Origin: Candidatus Bathyarchaeia archaeon
GTDB lineage: Archaea; Thermoproteota; Bathyarchaeia; Bathyarchaeales; Bathycorpusculaceae
Assembly (NCBI GenBank): GCA_038882955.1
Contig: JAVZNC010000001.1
Coordinates: 160,001-224,000 of the forward strand
DNA: 64,000 bases
Reading direction: 5' to 3'
Shown here: positions 30,207-39,956 of the stretch, one piece after another
How positions within the stretch are numbered: the stretch's first letter is position 1
How the letters are laid out: the number at the start of each line of letters is the position of its first letter
The notes under the pieces: generated by a model
The model's database searches: none
Seen by the model: only the letters and a program-made list of their open reading frames with translations
What the model was told of the DNA's origin: nothing
Made by a program: the position numbers and the translations under genes

Positions 30207-31379
30207 ATGAGAAAAGTCGCAATTATAGGTGTTGGAAACTCAAAATTTGGAGTTAGAAACGACGTGAATATTGCTGAACTAGCATTTGAAGCAGTTAAGC
30301 CATCACTTGAAGATGCGGAAATAACCGCCAAAGACGTAAAGTTTGTAGCCCTAGGCTCTGTCGGCGCCGGCGCATGGTATGAAGAGCTTCTTCCAGCAGT
30401 TGTCACAGCGGAATATTGCGGTTTAACAAAAGCTGGTTTGGTTCGCTGTGAAGCAGCATGCGCAAGTGGCAGCGCCGCTTTTTTCACGGCTTATTCGGCT
30501 GTTGCCAGCGGTCAAGTGGAAATAGCCATGGCTTTGGGTGTTGAGAAAATGCGTGAAATTGATACGCCTACAGCCATGGAGTGGATTGGAAGGGCTGGCT
30601 ACTACCTTTGGGAGTTCCACAATTTCGGAATGACTTTTCCCGCATATTATGCGTTACATGCCACGGCGCACATGGCAAAGTTCGGAACAACAGAAGAAGA
30701 CCTGGCTTTAGTCGCCGTCAAAAACCACAAGTACGCTTCCATGAACCCTCTTGCGCACCTGCGAAACCAAATAACAGTTGACGACGTGTTATCGTCAATG
30801 GTTATCGCTTCGCCGCTTAAACTATTTGACTGTTGCCCAATGACGGATGGCGCTGCAGCGATAATTCTCGCCTCAGAAGAAAAGGTTAGGCAATTAGGCG
30901 TTGATACGCCAGTTTGGGTTGCTGGAATAGGCTATTCTTCTGGCACAGCAAACCTAAGCAGAAGGCTAGACTATGTGGGTTTAGAGGCAAGTGTTTACGC
31001 TGCGCAGATGGCATACAAGATTGCTGAGGTAACGCCAAACCAAATTGACTTCGCAGTGGTTCATGACTGTTTCACAATAGCCGAATTAATGGCTTACGAA
31101 GACCTTGGGTTCTGTAGCAAGGGCGAAGGAGCAAAACTAATACGCGAAGGACAAACGGAAATAGGCGGAAAAATCCCGGTAAACGTGGACGGAGGCTTAA
31201 AGGCGAAGGGACACCCAATAGGCACGACGGGATGCTCAATGATATACGAAGTTACGAAACAGCTCAGGGAAGAAGCCGTTGAAAAAAGTAGGCAAGTGCC
31301 ACTGAAAAACTACGTTGGACTGGCACATAACGTCGGCGGAACCGGACACTACTGTTATGTAACAATTTTGAGGAGGTAG
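30207..31379 (+). CDS. Archaeal thiolase
   Basis: EAACASG, DGAAA, HDCFT, GHPIG, HNVGG. Confidence 0.92.
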   Translation: MRKVAIIGVGNSKFGVRNDVNIAELAFEAVKPSLEDAEITAKDVKFVALGSVGAGAWYEELLPAVVTAEYCGLTKAGLVRCEAACASGSAAFFTAYSAVASGQVEIAMALGVEKMREIDTPTAMEWIGRAGYYLWEFHNFGMTFPAYYALHATAHMAKFGTTEEDLALVAVKNHKYASMNPLAHLRNQITVDDVLSSMVIASPLKLFDCCPMTDGAAAIILASEEKVRQLGVDTPVWVAGIGYSSGTANLSRRLDYVGLEASVYAAQMAYKIAEVTPNQIDFAVVHDCFTIAELMAYEDLGFCSKGEGAKLIREGQTEIGGKIPVNVDGGLKAKGHPIGTTGCSMIYEVTKQLREEAVEKSRQVPLKNYVGLAHNVGGTGHYCYVTILRR

Positions 31380-31383
31380 GTGC

Positions 31384-31812
31384 ATGTCAGCCATGCCATC
31401 AATAAAATCGAGGGAAATCAAAATTGTCCAAGAAATACCAATAGGCAAAACGCTGAAGTTCTGGGAAGGCTTGAAAGAAGGAAAAGTTTACGCATCAAGA
31501 TGCACAAAATGTGGAAAAATATATTTTCCACCAGTAGCGGACTGCCCAGAATGCCTAACATCAAACATGGAATGGACAGAACTAAGCAACGAGGCGGAAA
31601 TCGAAACTTTTACGCATGTTGTTGTTAGACCAACATCCTTCCAGCAGAACAAACCATACACTGTAGCTATTGGAAGACTCAAGGAAGGCGTTAAGGTGCT
31701 CGCTTGGCTTACGGGATTTAAGCTCTCACAAGTCAAAGTTGGCATGAAAGTTAAGCTTACGGCTAAAGTTACGCCAGAAGGAAACCTAACATACGAGTTT
31801 GTCCCACTGTAA
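31384..31812 (+). CDS. DUF35 Zn-ribbon/OB-fold thiolase partner
   Basis: CTKCG..FPP..DCPEC plus OB fold; directly follows the thiolase. Confidence 0.9.
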   Translation: MSAMPSIKSREIKIVQEIPIGKTLKFWEGLKEGKVYASRCTKCGKIYFPPVADCPECLTSNMEWTELSNEAEIETFTHVVVRPTSFQQNKPYTVAIGRLKEGVKVLAWLTGFKLSQVKVGMKVKLTAKVTPEGNLTYEFVPL

Positions 31813-31926
31813 TAAAAACGTGCACTTTTATCCATCGCATCTCACCACCCTCGCTTTTCAAACATGTTCGCTTATGGAAAGTGTTATTACAACCTTTAGT
31901 TGCATATTGGAAATGGTTGAAAAGGC

Positions 31927-33672
31927 ATGTCTCCGAGAAAGAAGAAGGAGAAAGAGAAAGAAGCCGAGAAGCCCTTGGAAAAGCCTTGGTTGAAGGTTTG
32001 GCCTGAAGGAATTCCGACGCACATCGATTATCCTGAAATTCCGCTTTTCGAATTTTTGAGGAAAAGCGCTGAGAAGTATCCAAACAACGTTGCAATTGTT
32101 TACTTTGACAACAAGATAACATATAAGGAGTTGGATTTGCTCACGGACAAGTTTGCAACCGCCTTAGCCGATTTAGGAGTTAAAAAGGGCGATAAGGTGG
32201 CTGTTTTTCTTCCAAACATTCCACAGTTTGTAATTGCGTATTATGGGGCGATAAAAACTGGAGCGGTTGTAACTGCCATAAGTCCGCTGTATAAGGAACG
32301 CGAAGTGGAGCATCAGCTAAATGATTCGGAAGCTGAAACAATTGTTGTTCTTGATTTGCTATATCCAGTTGTTGAAAAGGTTTGGGCGAAAACAAAGCTG
32401 AAACACGTAATTGTGGCTGGACTTAAGGATTACATGCCCCCAGCCAAAGCTTTTCTTGGCTCGCTGCTTGGAAAAATTCCTTCCTACAAGGTTGAACGTA
32501 AACCAAACGTTTACTTCTTCAAGGAACTTTTAGACAAGTACGAAGCGAAACCGCCAAGTGTAGAAATTAATCCAAAAGAAGATTTGGTGGCGCTTCAGTA
32601 CACGGGCGGAACAACTGGAACCTCTAAAGGCGCTATGTTAACGCACATGAACCTAGTCTCAAATGCCATAATGTGCAAAACTTGGTTTAAAGACGCCCAA
32701 GAGGGAAACGAAGTTTTCTTGGCTGTTTTGCCGCTCTTCCACATTTACGGAATGACAACTGGCATGAACGCGCCCATATACCTTGCTGGAAAAATTGTTC
32801 TGCTTCCACGCTTCGACCCACCAAGCACATTTGAAGCCATACAAAAATATAGGGTTACAGTCTTCTGTGGAGCACCAACAATGTATTCGATGCTTCTTGC
32901 ACATCCAGACCTTGGCAAATACGACTGCAAATCAGTGCGCTTCTGCATATCGGGTTCTGCGCCGCTGCCGCCAGAAGTGCAAAAGAAGTTTATGGAGGTT
33001 ACTGGCGGCGTACTCGTTGAGGGATACGGGCTTACGGAGGCTTCTCCAGTAACGCATTGTAACCCGCTGGATAAAACATTGAAAACAGTCAAGATAGGCT
33101 CGATTGGCATACCTTGGCCGGACACAGACGCGAAGATTGTGGATGTGGAAACCGGCGAAAAAGAGCTTGCGCCGGGCGAGATTGGAGAACTCGTTGTTAA
33201 AGGGCCACAAGTCATGAAGGGCTATTGGAAGATGCCAGAGGAAACAGCGGATGTTCTGCGGAACGATTGGCTTTACACTGGTGATATTGGGAAGATGGAT
33301 GAAGATGGCTACTTTTACATTACAGACCGCAAGAAAGACCTAATCAAGTATAAGGGTTACAGCGTCTACCCTAGAGAGCTTGAAGACGTGCTTTACGAAC
33401 ATCCAGCCGTTAAACTCTGCGCGGTTGTGGGTAAACCAGACCCCGTTGCTGGCGAGATTCCAAAAGCCTTTGTTGTGCTGAAGGAGGGCGTGACGGCGAC
33501 GGAGAAGGAACTTATGGATTTTGTGAACGAGAAGGTGGCGCCGTACAAAGCCATAAGGGAATTGGAGTTCAGAAAGGAACTGCCAATGACGCTGGTTGGC
33601 AAAGTACTGCGTAGAGTACTGCAGGAAGAAGAACGCACAAAAGCAGCAGCCGCGACAGAAAAAACACAATGA
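31927..33672 (+). CDS. fadD: AMP-forming long-chain acyl-CoA ligase
   Basis: YTGGTTGTSKG, EGYGLTE, TGDIG, DRKKD, PMTLVGK. Confidence 0.9.
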   Translation: MSPRKKKEKEKEAEKPLEKPWLKVWPEGIPTHIDYPEIPLFEFLRKSAEKYPNNVAIVYFDNKITYKELDLLTDKFATALADLGVKKGDKVAVFLPNIPQFVIAYYGAIKTGAVVTAISPLYKEREVEHQLNDSEAETIVVLDLLYPVVEKVWAKTKLKHVIVAGLKDYMPPAKAFLGSLLGKIPSYKVERKPNVYFFKELLDKYEAKPPSVEINPKEDLVALQYTGGTTGTSKGAMLTHMNLVSNAIMCKTWFKDAQEGNEVFLAVLPLFHIYGMTTGMNAPIYLAGKIVLLPRFDPPSTFEAIQKYRVTVFCGAPTMYSMLLAHPDLGKYDCKSVRFCISGSAPLPPEVQKKFMEVTGGVLVEGYGLTEASPVTHCNPLDKTLKTVKIGSIGIPWPDTDAKIVDVETGEKELAPGEIGELVVKGPQVMKGYWKMPEETADVLRNDWLYTGDIGKMDEDGYFYITDRKKDLIKYKGYSVYPRELEDVLYEHPAVKLCAVVGKPDPVAGEIPKAFVVLKEGVTATEKELMDFVNEKVAPYKAIRELEFRKELPMTLVGKVLRRVLQEEERTKAAAATEKTQ

Positions 33673-33681
33673 CTAATCAAT

Positions 33682-33882
33682 TTACTTTGTTTGCTCAAAA
33701 CCGCTGCTTTTCGAAACCTTTAGCAGTTTCCATCTACCCAATAAATCCTTCTGATAAAAGTGGAATAAGCCGCAAACTTGGCACCGCATAATCTTTGTCC
33801 CTCTTTTAACATCCAACTCAACAAGCTCCGTGATACCTCCACAATCGAAGCACTTACCAAGGTGTCTCTTTTCCTCAGCCAT
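33682..33882 (-). CDS. Small zinc-ribbon protein
   Basis: CFDCG...CQVCG. Confidence 0.6.
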   Translation of the reverse strand: MAEEKRHLGKCFDCGGITELVELDVKRGTKIMRCQVCGLFHFYQKDLLGRWKLLKVSKSSGFEQTK

Positions 33883-33991
33883 TCCAAACCAGCGCTCTGC
33901 ATATTCATCGCCGATTTCGACATTAAAACTTTTCCAGAAACATCAAAATGTATATTGAGTGGAGTTTTCCTTTAATAAAAGCTGATTTGAA

Positions 33992-36274
33992 GTGCGTGTC
34001 AAAATTAACGTGACGGGCATCGTTCAAGGCGTTGGCTTCCGCCCCTTCATTTACCGTATAGCTGTAAAGAACAGTTTGAAGGGGTATGTTAGGAACCGTG
34101 GCGACGCTGGAGTGGAGATACTCCTAGAAGGTTCAGAAAAGAATATAGAGGCTTTCCTGCGGGATTTAAGGGAGAAGAAGCCTCCGTTGGCACGAATCCA
34201 CGAAGTTGTGGTTAAAAGGCTGGAGGGCGCAGATGCTTATGAAACTTTCACGATTTACAAGAGTTCTGAAGAGGCGGAGTTTTCTGGTTCAGTTATTCCG
34301 CCAGACATAGCAATATGCGACGAATGCCTAAAAGAACTGCGAAACCCAGCAGACCCGCGACACAATTACTTTTTTATTACATGCACGGACTGCGGTCCAA
34401 GATACACAATTATTGAGAAGTTGCCCTACGACCGCGAAAACACGACCATGCGCGATTTCCACATGTGCAGCTTCTGCCAAAAAGAATACAAAGACCCGTT
34501 AAACAGGCGCTTCCACGCCCAAACAGTAGCTTGCCCAAAATGCGGACCAAAAGTTTACCTAACAACGGCAAGCGGCGAACCAATCGAAACAAAAGACCCA
34601 ATAAGGGAGACTGGAAAACTCATTTCAGAAGGCTTCATAGTCGCAGTTAAAGGTTACGGGGGCTTTCACGTTGCAACCTCAACAGTTAAGGAAGAACCCC
34701 TAACAAGGCTCAGAAAAGTTAAGCACAGAAACCAAAAACCGTTCGCGATTATGGCTAGAAGCCTAGAGGCAACAAAAACCTTCGCGGAAGTAAGCGAAAA
34801 AGAGGCTGAAATTTTAACCTCATACACTCGCCCAATAGTCGTGCTAAAGAAAAAAAACACATATTACCTCTCAGACCTTGTAGCTCCAGGACTGCACAAT
34901 GTTGGAGTTATGCTTCCATACACGGGCTTGCATTACATGCTCTTTGACAAAGTGGATGACGCGGCGTTTGTTATGACAAGCGCAAATCCGCCGAACCAGC
35001 CCATAATAAAGGATAACGATGAAGCTTTGCAGAAGTTAAGCGGAACTGTTGACTACTTTCTATTTCACAATCGCCAGATAGCCCACAGATGCGACGACTC
35101 CGTTATCCGCTTGCACGACGAAAACCTCGTTTTTATAAGGCGTTCACGCGGTTATGCACCAGCGCCGATAATGCTTAAAGAAAAAGCGGAAAAATGCGTC
35201 TTAGGATTGGGCGGAGAACTAAACAACACCGCGTGCATCCTGTTAGGCGATAAGGCTTTTGTTTCCCAGCACATCGGCGACGTTGAAAACATTGAAACAA
35301 GAGCCTTTCTGGAAAACGCCGCAAAACACTTGATTCACTTAACAAACAGCAAAGTGGACACTGTCGTGTGCGATTTACATCCAAAGTTTACAACAACACG
35401 TCTCGCCAAAGACTTGGCAGAACAAAACGGTTGGCAGCTAATCCAAGTCCAACATCATTACGCACATGTTGCAGCGCTTATGGCTGAGCACAACGTAAAC
35501 AAAATTGTGGGAATATGCTGCGACGGTTACGGCTACGGCGAAGACGGCGAAGCATGGGGAGGCGAAATAATACTTGGCAGCAGAGAAAGCGCAGGATTCA
35601 AGCGGTTGGCGCACTTTGAAAAGCAACCTCTAATCGGCGGAGACTTGGCAACAAAATACCCACTTCGAATGGCAGCAGCCATACTACACAAAAAAGCGAG
35701 CATAGAAAGTTGGCTTTTGGAAAATGCCTCCCACTTCCCGTACGGTGAAAATGAAATCCAAATAATCCTAAACCAGCTGGAAAAAGACAAGAATAGTCTA
35801 ACGCAAACCACTAGTTGTGGGAGAGTTTTGGACGCGGTTGCAGCGGTTCTGGGCGTCTGCTATGAACGTACATACGAGGGCGAACCAGCAATGAAGCTTG
35901 AAGCAGTAGCCATGAACGGCAAGAACGCGCTGAAACTCGAACCAATATTTGATGGAAACACTTTGAAAACTACGGATATGCTCATCGAAATCTTCGAAAA
36001 CAGAAGGAAAAAATCTATAAAAGATTTGGCTTACTCTGCACACGTGTATCTAGCCGAGGGGTTGGCGCAGTTAGCAATAGAGAAAGCACATGAAAGCGGC
36101 ATAAACGCTGTTGGCTTTTCTGGCGGAGTTGCGTGCAATGATATATTGACAAGGATTATGCGGGAAACTGTTGAAGCTGCTGGTTTACGTTTCCTTGTTC
36201 ACGATGCAGTTCCACCTGGAGATGGGGGCTTGTCATTTGGTCAAGCGGTTGTGGGTGGATTCTTCACTGTTTAA
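33992..36274 (+). CDS. hypF: Hydrogenase maturation carbamoyltransferase
   Basis: GIVQGVGFRPF, Zn fingers, QHHYAH, PPGDGGLSFGQA. Confidence 0.95.
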   Translation: MRVKINVTGIVQGVGFRPFIYRIAVKNSLKGYVRNRGDAGVEILLEGSEKNIEAFLRDLREKKPPLARIHEVVVKRLEGADAYETFTIYKSSEEAEFSGSVIPPDIAICDECLKELRNPADPRHNYFFITCTDCGPRYTIIEKLPYDRENTTMRDFHMCSFCQKEYKDPLNRRFHAQTVACPKCGPKVYLTTASGEPIETKDPIRETGKLISEGFIVAVKGYGGFHVATSTVKEEPLTRLRKVKHRNQKPFAIMARSLEATKTFAEVSEKEAEILTSYTRPIVVLKKKNTYYLSDLVAPGLHNVGVMLPYTGLHYMLFDKVDDAAFVMTSANPPNQPIIKDNDEALQKLSGTVDYFLFHNRQIAHRCDDSVIRLHDENLVFIRRSRGYAPAPIMLKEKAEKCVLGLGGELNNTACILLGDKAFVSQHIGDVENIETRAFLENAAKHLIHLTNSKVDTVVCDLHPKFTTTRLAKDLAEQNGWQLIQVQHHYAHVAALMAEHNVNKIVGICCDGYGYGEDGEAWGGEIILGSRESAGFKRLAHFEKQPLIGGDLATKYPLRMAAAILHKKASIESWLLENASHFPYGENEIQIILNQLEKDKNSLTQTTSCGRVLDAVAAVLGVCYERTYEGEPAMKLEAVAMNGKNALKLEPIFDGNTLKTTDMLIEIFENRRKKSIKDLAYSAHVYLAEGLAQLAIEKAHESGINAVGFSGGVACNDILTRIMRETVEAAGLRFLVHDAVPPGDGGLSFGQAVVGGFFTV

Positions 36275-36322
36275 ACCATAAATGATAAATGGTTCTCGCA
36301 TTTTGGTTTATGTTGATAAGTA

Positions 36323-36559
36323 ATGTGTTTGGCAATCCCAGCGAAAGTCATAAGCGTAGAAGGCGAAAAGGCAAAAGTTGACTTTGGAGAAGGCGTTTTA
36401 AGAGAGATAAACATAACGCTTGTAAACGCCAAAGTTGGCGACTACGTTTTGGTCCACGCTGGATACGCAATCCAAGTCCTAGAAGAAAAGGAAGCCTTAG
36501 AAACAATACGCTTATGGAACGAAATTCTCCAAGCAGAACTAGAAGCTGAAAGGAAATGA
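36323..36559 (+). CDS. hypC: Hydrogenase maturation chaperone
   Basis: MCLAIP, VLVHAGYAI. Confidence 0.95.
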   Translation: MCLAIPAKVISVEGEKAKVDFGEGVLREINITLVNAKVGDYVLVHAGYAIQVLEEKEALETIRLWNEILQAELEAERK

Positions 36560-37644
36560 GCGAAAAATTGCATTTTAGGGACCCCAAAATTGCAAAAAAA
36601 GTTGCAGAAAAAATAAGGGAAACAGCGCCAAAAAACGAAACAGTCAAAATTTGCCACGTCTGCGGCACACACGAGTGGACGATAACGCACTTTGGCATAC
36701 GAAGTCTGTTACCACAAAACGTCGAAGTCATCGCTGGTCCAGGATGCCCAGTATGCATAGTCCCAGCATCCGAAATTGATGAGGCAGTGCAGCTAGCCCT
36801 AAAAGGCATAACAATAACGTGTTTTGGCGACGTTTTGCGTGTTCCAGGCTCGAAAACTTCGCTTTTGGGCGCTAAGGCTGAAGGCGCAGATGTCCGTATT
36901 GTCTACAGCGTTAGCGACGCTGTTAAAATGGCTGAAATGGAGCCGAACAAGGATTTTGTATTTTCCGCTGTGGGATTTGAAACAACAGCTCCATCAACAG
37001 CCGTTGAAATTCTAAAAACGCCACCAAAAAATTTGGCGTTCTTAGTTTCTCACCGTGTGATTCCACCTGCAATGGAGCTTTTAGCTGGAATGGAAGACCT
37101 AAACCTAGACGGCTTCATAGCGCCTGGACACGTAAGCACGATTATTGGGCTTAAAGCCTACGAGATTTTTCCGATAAAGTACGGCATGCCAACAGTTGTG
37201 GCTGGATTCGAGCCATTAGACGTGTTGTTTGGCGTTTACATGATTTTGAAACAGCTAAAAAATGGAAAACCGCGTTTGGAAAACGAGTATGTTCGCGCTG
37301 TAACTTGGGACGGCAACGTGAAAGCTCAAGAAGTGATACACAAAACCTTTGATGTTAATGATGGAAGATGGCGCGGACTCGGCACAATAGCCTCTTCAAA
37401 ATTTACGTTAAAAGAAGAATATGCACAATTTGATGCACACTTCAAATATGACGTGAAAGTCGAGCATGGCGTTGACATCCAACATGGCTGTAAATGCCAC
37501 TTAGTCATAATTGGCAAGATAAAACCGACAGAATGCCCATTATTTATGAAGATATGTACGCCACAAAAGCCGGTGGGCGCATGCATGGTAAGCGTAGAAG
37601 GAACATGCCGAATATGGGCTAAAGCAAAAATCCAAAACGGCTAA
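36556..37644 (+). CDS. hypD: Hydrogenase maturation protein
   Basis: CGTHE, GPGCPVC, GFETT, PGHVS, CMVSVEGTC. Confidence 0.95.
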   Translation: MSEKLHFRDPKIAKKVAEKIRETAPKNETVKICHVCGTHEWTITHFGIRSLLPQNVEVIAGPGCPVCIVPASEIDEAVQLALKGITITCFGDVLRVPGSKTSLLGAKAEGADVRIVYSVSDAVKMAEMEPNKDFVFSAVGFETTAPSTAVEILKTPPKNLAFLVSHRVIPPAMELLAGMEDLNLDGFIAPGHVSTIIGLKAYEIFPIKYGMPTVVAGFEPLDVLFGVYMILKQLKNGKPRLENEYVRAVTWDGNVKAQEVIHKTFDVNDGRWRGLGTIASSKFTLKEEYAQFDAHFKYDVKVEHGVDIQHGCKCHLVIIGKIKPTECPLFMKICTPQKPVGACMVSVEGTCRIWAKAKIQNG

Positions 37645-37667
37645 CAAAGAAAAAGTGGAACTAAGCG

Positions 37668-38255
37668 CTAAGCGTATTTCTTACATTTGTAGCAGTACCA
37701 ACGCTGATACTGCGGAACATAAGTCAAAGGACCGCCACACGTCGGACAAACCTCAGCGCCAGGCGGCGGTGGAGGCGGCGGCGTGGCTAGAGTAAACTTG
37801 ATTTTGAGGAATGTTGGAAGCGGTATGACTTTTTCTTCCATGATTGCTGCGCAGTAAGCTCCAAGCGGGTAAAAGATTACTGCAAAAAGAAGCGATAAAG
37901 CCCACTGACCCATGCTAGTGCCGAGGTCTCCAGAGTAGATTGCTGTGCCAAATATTGACATAAACAGTGTAATGAACAAATGTATTATTATTGTCAGAAT
38001 GCCCACTGCTATGGCATCTGTCCTTTTGTCATCGGTTTTGTGCAAACGAAAGTTAAGATAACCCGCAACAAATCCGCCGGTGAGGTACCCAAATAATCCA
38101 GCAATAAATGTTTGTGCAGCAATACGTCCCCAGTCAACCCTAATCAAGCCGACATTGACGAAACCAGCGCCGCTGGCAATGGCTAGTCCGACGGCAAACC
38201 CTATGATTCCAGCGGCGATGTAGTCGTGTAAATAGCCTTCTTCTTTTATGCTCAT
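37668..38255 (-). CDS. 4-TM membrane protein with poly-Pro linker and C-terminal zinc ribbon
   Basis: Four hydrophobic segments, P7 linker, CPTCGGPLTYVPQYQRWYCYKCKKYA. Confidence 0.8.
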   Translation of the reverse strand: MSIKEEGYLHDYIAAGIIGFAVGLAIASGAGFVNVGLIRVDWGRIAAQTFIAGLFGYLTGGFVAGYLNFRLHKTDDKRTDAIAVGILTIIIHLFITLFMSIFGTAIYSGDLGTSMGQWALSLLFAVIFYPLGAYCAAIMEEKVIPLPTFLKIKFTLATPPPPPPPGAEVCPTCGGPLTYVPQYQRWYCYKCKKYA

Positions 38256-38433
38256 TTTGTTCCCTCATAATAGTCCGTTAGAGTAACAGTGTTTCATTTT
38301 GATATTTAACATTTGTTTAGGGTGTTAAAAGCCAAAATTAAGCCTAGATTCTGATGGGGAATTTGGGATAAAGGTAAATGGGGAAATTATTTAAGTTAAC
38401 GTAGATATACAATTATGCAAAGAGAGGTTTGTT

Positions 38434-38760
38434 ATGTCTAAACATGAAAAGGGTGTCACAAAGGACACGCTTATCGGAATGCAAGTCATAGATGCTGAAG
38501 GGCACCTAGTAGGAACCGTTAAGGACGTTTCGTTTATCGTTGGAAAAACTGGTGTGTCGCTTTACGTGGAAAGCAAGAAAGGCGAAGGCAGAAACATACC
38601 ATGGGAACAAGTACAAGCAGTGGGAGACTTCGTGCTTCTAAAGCCAGAGCAACTTCAAACTCCACAAGTCCCGCAAGCATGCCCAACATGCAACGGACCG
38701 CTCACGTATATTCCACAATACCAACGCTGGTACTGCTACAAATGCAAAAAATACGCATGA
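38434..38760 (+). CDS. PRC-barrel protein with C-terminal zinc ribbon
   Basis: LIGMQVIDAEGHLVGTVKDV...IPWEQVQAVGDFVLL (PRC barrel), then CPTCNGPLTYIPQYQRWYCYKCKKYA. Confidence 0.82.
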   Translation: MSKHEKGVTKDTLIGMQVIDAEGHLVGTVKDVSFIVGKTGVSLYVESKKGEGRNIPWEQVQAVGDFVLLKPEQLQTPQVPQACPTCNGPLTYIPQYQRWYCYKCKKYA

Positions 38761-38767
38761 AAGAAGC

Positions 38768-39835
38768 CTAGCATATCCTCGGAACAGGGTCGCCGACGGG
38801 TCTAGGAATAATTCTTTTTCCGCCGACAACCGTCTGCATAGCCACCCCATCAAAGTCCGCTGTTGCTTCGCCTATGATTTCCGCGTCCTTCCCCTCTTCA
38901 GTTGCCCTCAGAAAATCTAAAACCTCATTTGCCTTCTCCTTCACCACGCCTAGGATTATTTTTCCTTCGTTTCCAATCTCGAGTGGGTCTAAACCCAACA
39001 TTTCACATGCTGCTTTAACATCGCCCCTTACTGGAATACGCTCTTCATAAGCAAGTATGCCAACATGGGATTTTTCGCTAAACTCGTTTAGGGCGTCCGC
39101 CAAGCCGCCCCTTGTAGGGTCTTTCATTGCTACTATGCCGCCAACTCCGCCTAGCAAACGTTGGATTAGTCGATTTAATGGCTTAACATCAGACTTTATG
39201 CCGCTTCCAAAGTTTAATCCCTCTTGCGCTGACAAAACAGCCAAACCATGGTCGCCTATCGTTCCAGAAAGGATTACTTTATCTCCAACAGCAAGGTTTG
39301 AATCCAAAATCCAGCGTGCGTTAAAGCCCTTTCTAAAGCGCTTGACAACTTCAATATTGTGGTCCAAAGCTGCGGTTCTCTTGCCAATTCCAGAAACATT
39401 TATTATACATCCGCCGAGACTCCCTTTCTCTACAACCTTCGTGTCTCCCGTAACTATGCTTACGCTAGCCTCCAAGCAAGTCTGCTTCATACTAGCCAAA
39501 ATTCTTTCGAAATCAGACAAGACCAAACCTTCCTCCAAAACAAAACCACAAGCCAAAGCATAAGGTTCGGCGCCCAGAACAGCGATATCATTAACTGTTC
39601 CAGAAACAGCTAAACGCCCAATATCGCCGCCTGGAAAGAAAATTGGCTTAACAGCGTGGGAATCGCTTTTCAAAACAATGTCGCCTACAACCGCAGCGTC
39701 ATCCAAAGCCTCGAGAGACACCTCAAAATTTGATGCGCCACCAAAATATTTTACAACAAAGTTCTTAACCAAATCGTGCATCACTGTTCCGCCAGCGCCA
39801 TGCAACATGGTAATACGCTCATCTTTAATTGTCAC
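38768..39835 (-). CDS. hypE: Hydrogenase maturation protein
   Basis: HGAGG, PGGDIGRLAVSGTVND, GDTKVV, DPTRGG, C-terminal PRIC. Confidence 0.95.
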   Translation of the reverse strand: MTIKDERITMLHGAGGTVMHDLVKNFVVKYFGGASNFEVSLEALDDAAVVGDIVLKSDSHAVKPIFFPGGDIGRLAVSGTVNDIAVLGAEPYALACGFVLEEGLVLSDFERILASMKQTCLEASVSIVTGDTKVVEKGSLGGCIINVSGIGKRTAALDHNIEVVKRFRKGFNARWILDSNLAVGDKVILSGTIGDHGLAVLSAQEGLNFGSGIKSDVKPLNRLIQRLLGGVGGIVAMKDPTRGGLADALNEFSEKSHVGILAYEERIPVRGDVKAACEMLGLDPLEIGNEGKIILGVVKEKANEVLDFLRATEEGKDAEIIGEATADFDGVAMQTVVGGKRIIPRPVGDPVPRIC

Positions 39836-39956
39836 GCCTTTTCACACTCGCCTTCAAATATGAATACCCTACTTCACCGTTGAACATAAATAAATCGCAA
39901 AACTAAGCGGAAATTAACCCATCAATTTTTAAGTTTAGAAACGTTTTTGACTGACT

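Noticed and set aside
37668-38760. Terminal inverted repeats of a mobile element
   Set aside because: The inverted similarity is confined to coding tails, is dominated by synonymous differences, and no transposase is present.
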